A DNA stretch of 64,000 nucleotides from Anaerolineales bacterium UBA2200. GTDB lineage: Bacteria > Chloroflexota > Anaerolineae > UBA2200. Positions 7,692-16,528 of the stretch are shown piece by piece. The stretch covers positions 3,811 through 67,810 of the forward strand of contig DCVA01000036.1 in the NCBI GenBank assembly GCA_002327925.1. Reading direction: 5' to 3'. Each line of letters starts with the position of its first letter. Position 1 is the first letter of the stretch. Below the pieces are notes generated by a model. That model ran no database searches. It saw nothing but the letters and a program-made list of their open reading frames with translations, and was not told the DNA's origin. Both the position numbers and the translations under genes were made by a program.

Positions 7692-10175
7692 CTATTGAAC
7701 GACCGAGATGCTTACCGACTGACTCGTATAGGCCTGGCCGGAGCGATCGAACATAACCGCCAGGAATGAATGGTGTCCCGCCTGAAGCTGCCACAGAGTC
7801 GAGTAAGGCGGCGCGGGAAGCTCAACCAGCAATGCGTCATCGACATAGAACCGCACCAGTGCCACGTCACCCGTCGCGGCGGCGAGGATTTCGATGCGCT
7901 GGGAGTCCAACGGGACAGTGTGGTTCAACCGGTACGTCGCTCCGGCATAGGGGCGGTTGATGGTGACCCCCGGGGCAGATACGGCTGAGCTGCCCCCCGT
8001 ATGTTCCCGAGCGTCGATGAAGTACCTCGCGCCGACCTCGCGCAGCTGGTCGCTGGCCCAATCAGCGGCCTCCTCCGGCAGAAAGACCGCAACCTGCCAG
8101 CTCAAATGCTCCTCGGGCGTATCAGCCAGGGCGAGGTCGCCGGTGCGTCGGTCGACAGGAACCAGCCGATGCATCGTGCAGATGGCTTCTGGTCCCTGGC
8201 CAGAGATGAACCATTCCTGCCGTCTCGGGCACCACGTCCCGGGAAGCAGACCCGACACAGCGCAGACTTCCATCTTCGCCATGCCATGCGGGGCGACAAA
8301 GTCGGCCATGGGCTGCGATTTGAGTGCTTCCTCCATCATGTCATGCCAGATGGGCGCTGCCCCCGTGATCCCCGACACGTCAACCATGGGCGTGTTGTCG
8401 GCGTTGCCGGCCCATACTCCCACAACGAGCTGCGGTGTGTAGCCGACCGTCCAGTTGTCGCGCCAGTCTGTCGTGGTTCCGGTCTTGGCGGCGGCAGGGC
8501 GAGTCAGCGTCAGGATGCTCTCTTCGCCGAATGCCGGCAGACGTGCCGCGTTGTCGGAGAGGATATCCGTGATCCAAAATGCGATGCGCTCATCCAGCAC
8601 TCGTTGAGGCGCCGGGGCGGCGTTCTCCCAGACCAGAGCTCCTGAAGCGTCCTCTATCCGCCGAATTGCGACGGGATCGACCCGCAGGCCCCCTGAGGCG
8701 AAGGCTGCGTAAGCCGCGGTCAACTCAAGGAGCCGAACTTCGCCTCCGCCCAGCGTCAGGGCCAGGCCGTAGCGTTGCGGATTCTCCAGCGAGTTGATGC
8801 CCATTTGACGTGCCTGAGTGACCAGCGCTGGCACCCCGATGTGATCGAGGACCTTGACCGCGACCATGTTGAGAGATTGGGCCAGTGCCTGACGCAGCAG
8901 CACGGGTCCACGATAGATGCGGTCATAGTTCACGGGAACGTAGGTCTCACCATCGCGCGTCGTAAAGGTGGTGAAGACGTCGAGCAGCATCGTTGCCGGC
9001 GTCCAATCAGGGTTAAGGGAGAAAGCCGCAGCGTAGGTCACTGGCTTGATGGCGGAGCCGGGCTGACGGGGCATCAGCGCGACGTTCACAGCCCCGTCGA
9101 TGCGTGCATCGAAGTAGTCGGCGCTGCCAAGCATGGCCAGTATCTCGCCAGATCGTGGATCGATGGCCACTACGGCAGCATCGGACACGTTGTGGGCCGG
9201 TTCATCGATGGATGGCAAAGAGAGCTGCGTCAGGTGGTAGTCCACGATATCCTGCGCCCGATCCAGCAGGTCCACGTCGAGGGTAGTGTACACGCGAAGA
9301 CCGCGCGTGTAGATCAGCTCTTCCCCGAATTGCTGCCGTATCTGCTCCCAGACGTACATGACAAAGTGGGGCGCCCGGATAGGGAAGGACAACGCCGCAA
9401 AGTGGAGTGGCTCATTCGCCGCTCGTTCGGCTTCAGCGTCACTCAGGAGGCCCTGGCGCACCATGAGCCCAAGAACTACCGACTGACGGGCTCGCGCAGC
9501 GTCCGGGTTGACAAGCGGATCGTATACAGCGGGAGCCTGTGGGAGTCCGGCCAAGAGCGCACATTCGGAGAGATCCAGGTCGACCACCGACTTGCCGAAA
9601 TAGGACCGGGCCGCCGCCCCCACACCATAGGCCAGGTTTCCGTAGTAAGTTTGATTCAGGTACAGCTCCAGGATCTCGTCCTTGCTGAGCGTGCGAGCAA
9701 GCCTGTAAGCCAGGATCGCCTCGCGCAGTTTCCTCCGCAACGTGCGCGGGGCCCGCTCCGTGGGGGAGAGCAAGAGGTTGCGGGCAACCTGCTGGGTGAT
9801 CGTGCTGCCACCCGAAAGAACCTCGCCACCCTGAAGGTTGATCCAGATCGCCCTCAGGATTGCCCGGAGGTCCACTCCAGGATTCGTGAAGAAGGTGGCA
9901 TCTTCAGTGGATACGGTGGCCTGGCGCAGCCATAGAGGTATGGCGTCCAGTGCGACCGGCTGGTGCCGCCCCACGTTCGGGTCCAGAATTTCGTACAGCA
10001 CGCGTCCCTGGCGGTCGTAGATGACCGTGCTTGGCGCGAGTCTGGCCGAAGCCACACCGCTCGGGCTGGGAAGACCACGTAACAGCCACAAATAGCCAGC
10101 CACCAAGGCGGTGGCGAGCAGAACCAACGCCATGACAAGTATCGGCTTCTGAGTTGAGAGACGCGGTGTGGACAC
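7692..10175 (-). CDS. pbpC: Class A penicillin-binding protein, PBP1C-like (GT51 + transpeptidase + C-terminal beta domain)
   Basis: TED..FF, GGSTITQQ, RKLRE, YLNQTYYG; RQPGSAIKP (SxxK), SLN, KTGT; C-terminal VRFYVDD..PYSTLW..GHH domain. Start approximate (GTG 10175). Confidence 0.85.
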   Translation of the reverse strand: MSTPRLSTQKPILVMALVLLATALVAGYLWLLRGLPSPSGVASARLAPSTVIYDRQGRVLYEILDPNVGRHQPVALDAIPLWLRQATVSTEDATFFTNPGVDLRAILRAIWINLQGGEVLSGGSTITQQVARNLLLSPTERAPRTLRRKLREAILAYRLARTLSKDEILELYLNQTYYGNLAYGVGAAARSYFGKSVVDLDLSECALLAGLPQAPAVYDPLVNPDAARARQSVVLGLMVRQGLLSDAEAERAANEPLHFAALSFPIRAPHFVMYVWEQIRQQFGEELIYTRGLRVYTTLDVDLLDRAQDIVDYHLTQLSLPSIDEPAHNVSDAAVVAIDPRSGEILAMLGSADYFDARIDGAVNVALMPRQPGSAIKPVTYAAAFSLNPDWTPATMLLDVFTTFTTRDGETYVPVNYDRIYRGPVLLRQALAQSLNMVAVKVLDHIGVPALVTQARQMGINSLENPQRYGLALTLGGGEVRLLELTAAYAAFASGGLRVDPVAIRRIEDASGALVWENAAPAPQRVLDERIAFWITDILSDNAARLPAFGEESILTLTRPAAAKTGTTTDWRDNWTVGYTPQLVVGVWAGNADNTPMVDVSGITGAAPIWHDMMEEALKSQPMADFVAPHGMAKMEVCAVSGLLPGTWCPRRQEWFISGQGPEAICTMHRLVPVDRRTGDLALADTPEEHLSWQVAVFLPEEAADWASDQLREVGARYFIDAREHTGGSSAVSAPGVTINRPYAGATYRLNHTVPLDSQRIEILAAATGDVALVRFYVDDALLVELPAPPYSTLWQLQAGHHSFLAVMFDRSGQAYTSQSVSISVVQ

Positions 10176-10249
10176 TGGACCCCAGTGGTTAGACGCCGCC
10201 AGTCGAGGACTGGTTCCTGTCGCCCAATGGCGACGATCTGGTGAACAGA

Positions 10250-11035
10250 CTAGGCCGCGCCGAGCTCGGCCACATAGAGCAGCAGGAACGAAATGCTGTT
10301 GATGAATGCGTGCACCCCCACCGCCGGCCATAAAGAGCCAGTTAGGTGGTAAAGACCGGCGAAGAGCACGCCGAGCAAGAAGATGGGCGGAAGGGAAGTT
10401 GGCAGGACGTGGATCGCAGCGAAGAACAGGCCACTGACCAGTAAGGCCCACTTCAGTCCATAGTGCTGGCGCAGCCCGGCGAAGAGATAGCCGCGAAAGA
10501 ACACTTCTTCGGCAAAAGGCCCAACCAGCCCCCCTGCCACCAGGGCAGAGAGCAGGCCCCCGAGCCCGCCGCCAAACAGAGGGAGCATGTTCGGCTGGGT
10601 ACGAAGACCGAAGAGACTAAGCAGCAAACTCCACATCACCGTGCCCGCCATGGCCACCGTCCAGGCGAAACACCCCAGGCTGACACCCCGCAGGACGTCA
10701 AAGGTCCGCAGGCCCACACTGCTCCAGCCAAGGCCGTGCCTGCGCAGGCCAAACCACCAGACAGGGAGCAGCAGGCCCAGCTCGCCCAGGATGGTGATAG
10801 CGCCGGTCAGTTGCCCGGGCAGGTCGCGGCCGATCCAGCTCTCCACCAGCCCCAACAGAAAGCCGATGGCAATCGAGAAACCCAGCAAGGAGAGAAGGCC
10901 GGTCACTGCCACCAGGAGCACCTCTCGGCGTGACCAGGGCATGACGGAGGATGATGCTGGCGGCACGGGCGGAGAGCTGGTCTCCGCGTCCACAGTCTGC
11001 GTAGTCTCTGTCTTCAGGTGTTCATCATCGATCAA
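10250..11035 (-). CDS. CPBP (CAAX/Abi) intramembrane protease
   Basis: EEVFFRG, FAAIH, HAFIN motifs; TTG 11035 after AGGGAG. Confidence 0.9.
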   Translation of the reverse strand: MIDDEHLKTETTQTVDAETSSPPVPPASSSVMPWSRREVLLVAVTGLLSLLGFSIAIGFLLGLVESWIGRDLPGQLTGAITILGELGLLLPVWWFGLRRHGLGWSSVGLRTFDVLRGVSLGCFAWTVAMAGTVMWSLLLSLFGLRTQPNMLPLFGGGLGGLLSALVAGGLVGPFAEEVFFRGYLFAGLRQHYGLKWALLVSGLFFAAIHVLPTSLPPIFLLGVLFAGLYHLTGSLWPAVGVHAFINSISFLLLYVAELGAA

Positions 11036-11148
11036 AGGTGGTCCGTTCTCCCTGTACAAGCTCTGCGCCGCCCGCGCCACTCTCCGTGGGCTGAATCGCA
11101 CATGGACAACATCTGGAGTAGAATGCACGCTTGATGGCATCCTCTCCC

Positions 11149-11177
11149 AGTATAGCCTGAGGGTAGTGCCAGGTCAA
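11149..11177 (-). promoter_or_regulatory. Sigma70-type promoter for CPBP-pbpC
   Basis: TTGACC-N17-TATACT. Confidence 0.7.
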
Positions 11178-11209
11178 GGGGACTGAAAGCCAGGAGGCGA
11201 ACGCAGCCG

Positions 11210-12241
11210 ATGGTACCACGGCGAGTATTGGTGGTCAGGCCTGGAGCGCTGGGCGATGTGCTGCTGACGTTGCCAGCGCTGCAGGCGCTCATCAGCGCGT
11301 GTGGAGCGCAGGAGATTGAGCTGCTCGGGAATCTGGCGATGACCGAGTGGCTGGTCGGTCGTTCTGTCATCACGGGCGCCGAGTCATTCGACCGCAGGGA
11401 TCTGGGAGCATTATTCTTGCGCGACTCGCCGCTGCCCGCCACTCTGACCGAGTATCTCTCACGCTTCGACCTCATTGTGAACTATGCATCGGGTCCAGGA
11501 CAGGTTCTGGCCCTCAATCTGGCACGAGCCAGTCGGGGGCGGATTCTCGACCTCGATGCACGGCCCACGGACTGGCTGACGGAGCACATGAGCGATTACC
11601 TGCACACACCCTTGCTGCGTCTCGGAGTACCCACGACGCGACAGGCGCCAGAAATCAACCTCCTGGCGTGCGACAGAGAGGCAGCCGCCAGTTGGCTGAG
11701 CGCGCGAGCAGCAATGAGGCGAGAGATTATTGCGATTCACCCCGGGAGCGGTAGCACCGGCAAGAACTGGCCGGCCGAACGCTTTGCTCGCCTGGCAGAC
11801 CACCTGCAGCGGAACAGGCGGGCGCAGGTGCTGCTAATCGGCGGTCCTGCAGACCACGAAGCAGTAGACGCTGTCATCAAGGGTATGCGAAGCGCTCCCG
11901 TGCTGCACATCAATGAGCCGGGGCTACCCTTGCTTGCCGCACTGATGGAGCGATGCCAGGCCTTTGTGGGCAACGACTCGGGGGTGTCGCATCTGGCGGC
12001 GGCTCTGCGAATGCCCAGCGTGGTCTTGTTCGGTCCCACGGATCCGGCAGTCTGGGCGCCACGAGGATCCGATGTGACCATCCTCAAGGCATCCCTCGAG
12101 TGCTCCCCCTGCACTGCGGGGCAGCGGCGATCCTGTGGAGCACGACGCTGCCTGACGGGTCTGTCGTTCGACGAAGTGCTGCGGGCCACGAGCACCGCCC
12201 TCCAGAGGGGCGGCACTCGCCAGGCCGGGCAGGCCGGGTGA
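11210..12241 (+). CDS. Glycosyltransferase family 9 (heptosyltransferase-like)
   Basis: RPGALGDVLL, IHPGSG..KNWP..F, FVGNDSGVSHLAAA, LFGPT, C-terminal CxPC..C..C. Confidence 0.9.
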   Translation: MVPRRVLVVRPGALGDVLLTLPALQALISACGAQEIELLGNLAMTEWLVGRSVITGAESFDRRDLGALFLRDSPLPATLTEYLSRFDLIVNYASGPGQVLALNLARASRGRILDLDARPTDWLTEHMSDYLHTPLLRLGVPTTRQAPEINLLACDREAAASWLSARAAMRREIIAIHPGSGSTGKNWPAERFARLADHLQRNRRAQVLLIGGPADHEAVDAVIKGMRSAPVLHINEPGLPLLAALMERCQAFVGNDSGVSHLAAALRMPSVVLFGPTDPAVWAPRGSDVTILKASLECSPCTAGQRRSCGARRCLTGLSFDEVLRATSTALQRGGTRQAGQAG

Positions 12242-12287
12242 CCTGGCTGCTCCCGGCTCGTTTGCTCCTCCACCCGGTTGTTTGCGA

Positions 12288-12316
12288 TTGCGGTCCTGAC
12301 TCAGCTATGTTACAAT
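12288..12316 (+). promoter_or_regulatory. Sigma70-type promoter
   Basis: TTGCGG-N17-TACAAT with extended -10 TG. Confidence 0.6.
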
Positions 12317-12383
12317 AGTTCCGCCAGGCGCGCTGACGCGCTGTCGCAGGAGTGGAAATCGCGGTAATCACGAGGTGGCATCC

Positions 12384-13016
12384 ATGACAGAGCTGACTGT
12401 GCCGTGTCCTCAATGCCAGAGCCCAATGATTTTCGAGAGCGCGCGCCGCTTTGTGAAATGCACGTCTTGCGGTGGTTGCTTTGCGGTGCGTGACGGACCG
12501 CCAGCGCAAGGTTCGCCGGTCGCGGCAGTGGCACTGACCAGACCCAACATCACCCAGACCGAGGCCCGTCAGAGACTGGATGACCTTTCCCTGGAGATTG
12601 CCGAGGCGGAGGAGGAAGCGCAACTGAAGCAGGCCGACGTGGATGCGACCACCACGGCTTACTGGCGAGGCAGGCTTGGCTTGCAGAAGGTCATCGCCCC
12701 TTCGCAGAATCGCACCTACCTGTCCGGGATACTTGCCGCTGGGGCTGCTTTCCTTTCCCTGTTCTTCCTTGACGGAGCGGAGCGCCTTTATGGCAGCGTC
12801 ATTGCCATCATCGCAGTGATGATCACCGGGGGATTCCATCGTGAATGGCGCGGTGAGGAGACTCGTGGACAGTCCGACCTGTCAGGCTCGTTCCTCTCCA
12901 TCGACGAAGCTCGCGTCGGCTTCGAGACTGCTGCCGACCGCCTCGCTGACCTGAACTGTGAACAGGCCCTCTATCTGGAGAGGATGCAGGGCCAGCCCCA
13001 GGATATTGCCCAGTGA
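12384..13016 (+). CDS. Hypothetical membrane protein: N-terminal zinc ribbon, coiled coil, 2 TM helices
   Basis: CPQC..CTSC; E/Q/A-rich helical segments flanking a TM hairpin; GAGGTG SD. Confidence 0.65.
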   Translation: MTELTVPCPQCQSPMIFESARRFVKCTSCGGCFAVRDGPPAQGSPVAAVALTRPNITQTEARQRLDDLSLEIAEAEEEAQLKQADVDATTTAYWRGRLGLQKVIAPSQNRTYLSGILAAGAAFLSLFFLDGAERLYGSVIAIIAVMITGGFHREWRGEETRGQSDLSGSFLSIDEARVGFETAADRLADLNCEQALYLERMQGQPQDIAQ

Positions 13017-13555
13017 TCTTCCCGTTTGGCATCGAGATGGCGGGGGAGGGAGGTCAGGGCATCGTGCTGGCTGCTGTGATTCTGGCCGATGCCGCCGCGA
13101 CTTACGATGGGAGGTATGTGGCTCAATCGACCTCACACGGCCCGGAAGCGCGCGGAGGCCTGACCCAGTCAGAGGTTCTGATCGGCGATCGAGAGTTGGA
13201 CTATCCCAAGCTGATCCGCTCTGACCTTCTGCTGGCGATGAATCAAGGAGCATGTGACCGCTATGCGTCTCGACTCAAAGACGACGGACTCCTGGTGGTC
13301 GACTCGACCCACGTCCAGCACTTCCCACCGCGTACTCTGTCTGCTGTGGCAATCACGCGACTGTGCGAAGAGGTGACCGGACGCACTGTCAGCGCAAACA
13401 TCGTTGCCCTTGGCGTCATCGTAGGCCTGACCGGGGTGGTATCTGAGATTGCACTCGAAAGCGCCCTCAGGGCTCGCGTTCCCGGAGGCAGCCTCGAGCC
13501 CAACCTCAAGGCATTCCAGGCTGGCCTGAAGGCTGCGAAGACCTTTCTGCCCTGA
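13013..13555 (+). CDS. korC: 2-oxoacid:ferredoxin oxidoreductase gamma subunit
   Basis: AGEGGQG, QSTSHGPEARGG, AMNQ, ANIVALG, NLKAF. Confidence 0.88.
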   Translation: MIFPFGIEMAGEGGQGIVLAAVILADAAATYDGRYVAQSTSHGPEARGGLTQSEVLIGDRELDYPKLIRSDLLLAMNQGACDRYASRLKDDGLLVVDSTHVQHFPPRTLSAVAITRLCEEVTGRTVSANIVALGVIVGLTGVVSEIALESALRARVPGGSLEPNLKAFQAGLKAAKTFLP

Positions 13556-13583
13556 CACGCGTCGGGCTGCGAGACGAAGAGCC

Positions 13584-13614
13584 GAGACCCGGTCTTTGCC
13601 CAGGACCGGGTTTC
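13584..13614 (+). terminator. Stem-loop after korC
   Basis: GAGACCCGGTC-N9-GACCGGGTTTC inverted repeat with a weak U tail. Confidence 0.5.
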
Positions 13615-13631
13615 TGATTCGTGGAGGGAAA

Positions 13632-14216
13632 ATGCGGGTCGAGGTCCTGTCGTCCAGTCGCGAGTATGACGGGTTCTTTCAGTTCGACCGCGCCGTGCTG
13701 CGGTTTGAACGCTTTGACGGTGAAATGACCCAACCTGTGGAGAGGCTGGTGTTCGAGCGCGGCGATTCGGTTGCCGTGCTCTTGCACGACCCACGATACG
13801 ACACGGTGGTGCTCGTGGAGCAGTTCCGCTTTCCGGCGTTCCTTCGCGAGATGCCAGCCGGCAGGTTGCTCGAGGTAGTCGCAGGCACAGTGGATCTCTC
13901 TCGTAGCCCGGAGGAAGTGGCCCGCACCGAGCTGGTTGAGGAGGCAGGGTACGAGGTTGAGAAGCTCGAGCCGGTGGGCCTCTTCTACGTCAGCCCTGGC
14001 GCCTGCACCGAACGCATCCATTTGTACATCGGACGCATCGCCGCAGGTGATCGCGCCGGTTCAGGGGGAGGCGTCGACGAGGGCGAGGACATTCGCGTGC
14101 ACCAGGTACCCTTCGAAACCGCCCTCAGATGGGCCCGCGACGGCACGATTCGCGATGCCAAGACCATCATCGCCCTGCAGCACCTGGCACTGCAGAGGAG
14201 AAGTGCGGATGGCTGA
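13632..14216 (+). CDS. NUDIX hydrolase (ADP-ribose/GDP-sugar pyrophosphatase-like)
   Basis: ERGDSVAVL, LVEQFRFP, AG..ELVEEAG Nudix box (partly deviant), SPGACTE, EGEDI, DAKTII. Confidence 0.9.
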   Translation: MRVEVLSSSREYDGFFQFDRAVLRFERFDGEMTQPVERLVFERGDSVAVLLHDPRYDTVVLVEQFRFPAFLREMPAGRLLEVVAGTVDLSRSPEEVARTELVEEAGYEVEKLEPVGLFYVSPGACTERIHLYIGRIAAGDRAGSGGGVDEGEDIRVHQVPFETALRWARDGTIRDAKTIIALQHLALQRRSADG

Positions 14217-15645
14217 ACTTGCCCTTGTCCAGGATGAAGAAATGCGGGCAGTGCTTGACCTTGTGCAGGCGGGGCCGATCCGGGCCTACATCGCAGGCGG
14301 TCACGTCAGAGACTGGCTGATGGGCAGACCGGGAAAAGACATCGACCTCTGCCTGGAGTGGCAGGCCATCTCGACGGCACGCAGGGTTGCCAATGCGACC
14401 GGGGGTGCGTTCTACGTACTCGACCAGGAGATGGACGCGGCGCGCATCCTGTATCCGCGCCGGGACATCGTGATTGACTTTGCGGGGCTACGGGGGCGAA
14501 ACATAGTAGAGGACCTGCGCTCGCGCGACCTGACGGTCAATGCGATGGGTATCGCCCTCGAAGACATGCGCAATGAGAATCCTACGGTGCTTGACCCCTG
14601 CGCGGGCCGCCTGGACCTCGCGGCAGGGGTGCTGCGAGCCACATCGGAGCATGCGTTTCGGGACGACCCGGTTCGGCTGCTCCGCGCCGTTCGGCTCGAG
14701 TCCACACTTCCCATGCTCATCGAGCCGCAGACCGAAGCGTGGATGCGACGCGATGCGGCGCTTCTTGTGGAAACCTCAGCAGAGCGTATCCGCCAGGAGT
14801 TGTTGCTCATTCTGGGGACCGAGGGGGTTTCGCGGCACGTAATGCGTCTGCAGGATCTGGGCCTGTTGGGCGCGGTTCTGCCCGAGGTGAGCTCCCTCTG
14901 CGATATCCACGGAGACGGGGACAAGAGCTCAACCGATTGCCTGGATTTCACCCTGCAGTCGACCACACATGTCGAGAGGCTCACTAGAGGAGGTCTGCTG
15001 CAGCCCGAGGAACAAGCCTCCTTCGGCCCTTACGTCCAAGCCCTGGACTCCTACTTAGGTCAACTTGTCTGCGACCGCCGGACCAGGGGACTGATGCTCA
15101 TTCTGGCTACGCTGCTGCACCATGTCGGTTACCCGGGACCTTGCTCCACCGCCGGGCAGCCAGTCCGCGGGGCGGGAGATGAGGCTGCGAACGTGCTGTT
15201 GAGACTCAGGTTCTCCTCCCGGGAGGTAGCGTTGGTCCGCTCGACTGTGGCCAACGCACCTTTGGTGCGGACGCTCGCCGAGAACAGTGCCTGGGACCGG
15301 CGCGAGCTCTACCGGTACTTCCGCAAGGCAAACGATGCTGTGCTCGAGCCAATCCTGCTGGCATGGGCGGATTACCTGGCGGAAAGAGAGACGAGGGCAA
15401 GCGCATTGCAGCGAGTGGTCCTCCCAGAGCTCATATCTGAGCTGCTGGGCCACTATTTCGACCATCCGGAGCAGCTCGTGCGGCCTCCGGCCCTGGCCAC
15501 GGGCGGGGATGTAATGGATTGGCTCGGACTGGAGCCAGGGCCCATAGTAGGCAGCTTGCTGGAGCAGTTGAGGGAGGAACAGGCCACAGGGGCAATCCGC
15601 AACCACGAACAGGCCGAGGCTTACCTGCGCGCTGCGCGCGTATAG
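14209..15645 (+). CDS. Class II tRNA nucleotidyltransferase, probably CC-adding type
   Basis: GGHVRD..DIDL, EDLRSRDLTVNAM, DDPVRLLRA, SAERIRQEL; short linker lacking the flexible loop. Confidence 0.85.
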   Translation: MAELALVQDEEMRAVLDLVQAGPIRAYIAGGHVRDWLMGRPGKDIDLCLEWQAISTARRVANATGGAFYVLDQEMDAARILYPRRDIVIDFAGLRGRNIVEDLRSRDLTVNAMGIALEDMRNENPTVLDPCAGRLDLAAGVLRATSEHAFRDDPVRLLRAVRLESTLPMLIEPQTEAWMRRDAALLVETSAERIRQELLLILGTEGVSRHVMRLQDLGLLGAVLPEVSSLCDIHGDGDKSSTDCLDFTLQSTTHVERLTRGGLLQPEEQASFGPYVQALDSYLGQLVCDRRTRGLMLILATLLHHVGYPGPCSTAGQPVRGAGDEAANVLLRLRFSSREVALVRSTVANAPLVRTLAENSAWDRRELYRYFRKANDAVLEPILLAWADYLAERETRASALQRVVLPELISELLGHYFDHPEQLVRPPALATGGDVMDWLGLEPGPIVGSLLEQLREEQATGAIRNHEQAEAYLRAARV

Positions 15646-15662
15646 TCGGGCAACCGCTGACC

Positions 15663-16127
15663 TCAGGCCTGTCGCTGCGCACCTTCCCGCAATTGGCTGA
15701 CCCACTCAGCGACCACGGCTGCCGGTCGGGAGTCGCCGTCGGGCAGATAGGGTTTCACATCGAGCAGCGGCGTTCCGTTGAGCGCATCGAGGCCGCGCAC
15801 GGTCAGCACGTTGCCCTCACGTTTCACCAGCTCCGTGACCTGAAGTCCAATCGGGTTCGGCCGGCGCGGTGTGCGTGTGGCAAAGATGCCTACCTCCGGA
15901 AGCTCAAGATGATCCTCCGGATGGACCGAGCTCGCGATGGGCGGTCGGATGCGGTCCAGCCAGAACAGAACGATGAGGTGGGAGAACTGCTCGATGCCCT
16001 CCAGTGAAGGCACCCAGTCCGATGCGAATACAAGCCTGTGCAAGACCGCTTCCCAGCCGCGGGGAACGCTCTCGGTGAACTCATTCTCGATGACACCGAT
16101 GGGATAGAGTCTGAATGACCTGGGCAT
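15663..16127 (-). CDS. trmO: tRNA t6A37 N6-methyltransferase TrmO/TsaA family
   Basis: GIFATRTPRRPNPIG, GLDALNGTPLLDVKPY. Confidence 0.9.
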   Translation of the reverse strand: MPRSFRLYPIGVIENEFTESVPRGWEAVLHRLVFASDWVPSLEGIEQFSHLIVLFWLDRIRPPIASSVHPEDHLELPEVGIFATRTPRRPNPIGLQVTELVKREGNVLTVRGLDALNGTPLLDVKPYLPDGDSRPAAVVAEWVSQLREGAQRQA

Positions 16128-16128
16128 T

Positions 16129-16485
16129 CTACGTCCGGGCGGTGCGCACTGGGCGCGACGAGGGCTTTCCCGCAGGAAGAACGTCGCGCGTCGAGACTAC
16201 CGAGTTGGTTCCACCGTGGATATTGGGCGCATAGCCGTCCGCGTTCCAGTCGTTGTGCCACTCGTGTCCGTTGACCAGGTAGCGGAACTCGTAGCTCCGA
16301 TTGGGATCAAGCTCCAGCACGATGGACCAGGTCGAGTCATCACGACCGCGCGTCATCGGATGAGATGTCTCGTTCCAGGCGTTGAAATCCCCAACGAGGA
16401 AGACAGAGTCAGCCCAGATCGCTGGCGGCAACTCGAATCGTACGGCGACCTTGGCCTCACTCGAGGACGGTTTCTTGTGAATCAT
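16129..16485 (-). CDS. Isoamylase early-set / CBM48-like glycogen-binding domain protein
   Basis: LVGDFNAW, YEFRYLVNG.EW.ND..AD.Y.PN..G..NSV. Confidence 0.88.
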   Translation of the reverse strand: MIHKKPSSSEAKVAVRFELPPAIWADSVFLVGDFNAWNETSHPMTRGRDDSTWSIVLELDPNRSYEFRYLVNGHEWHNDWNADGYAPNIHGGTNSVVSTRDVLPAGKPSSRPVRTART

Positions 16486-16528
16486 TCATTGACTCCTGGC
16501 GGCCCGTCTCCCACGGACGGGCCTTGCT

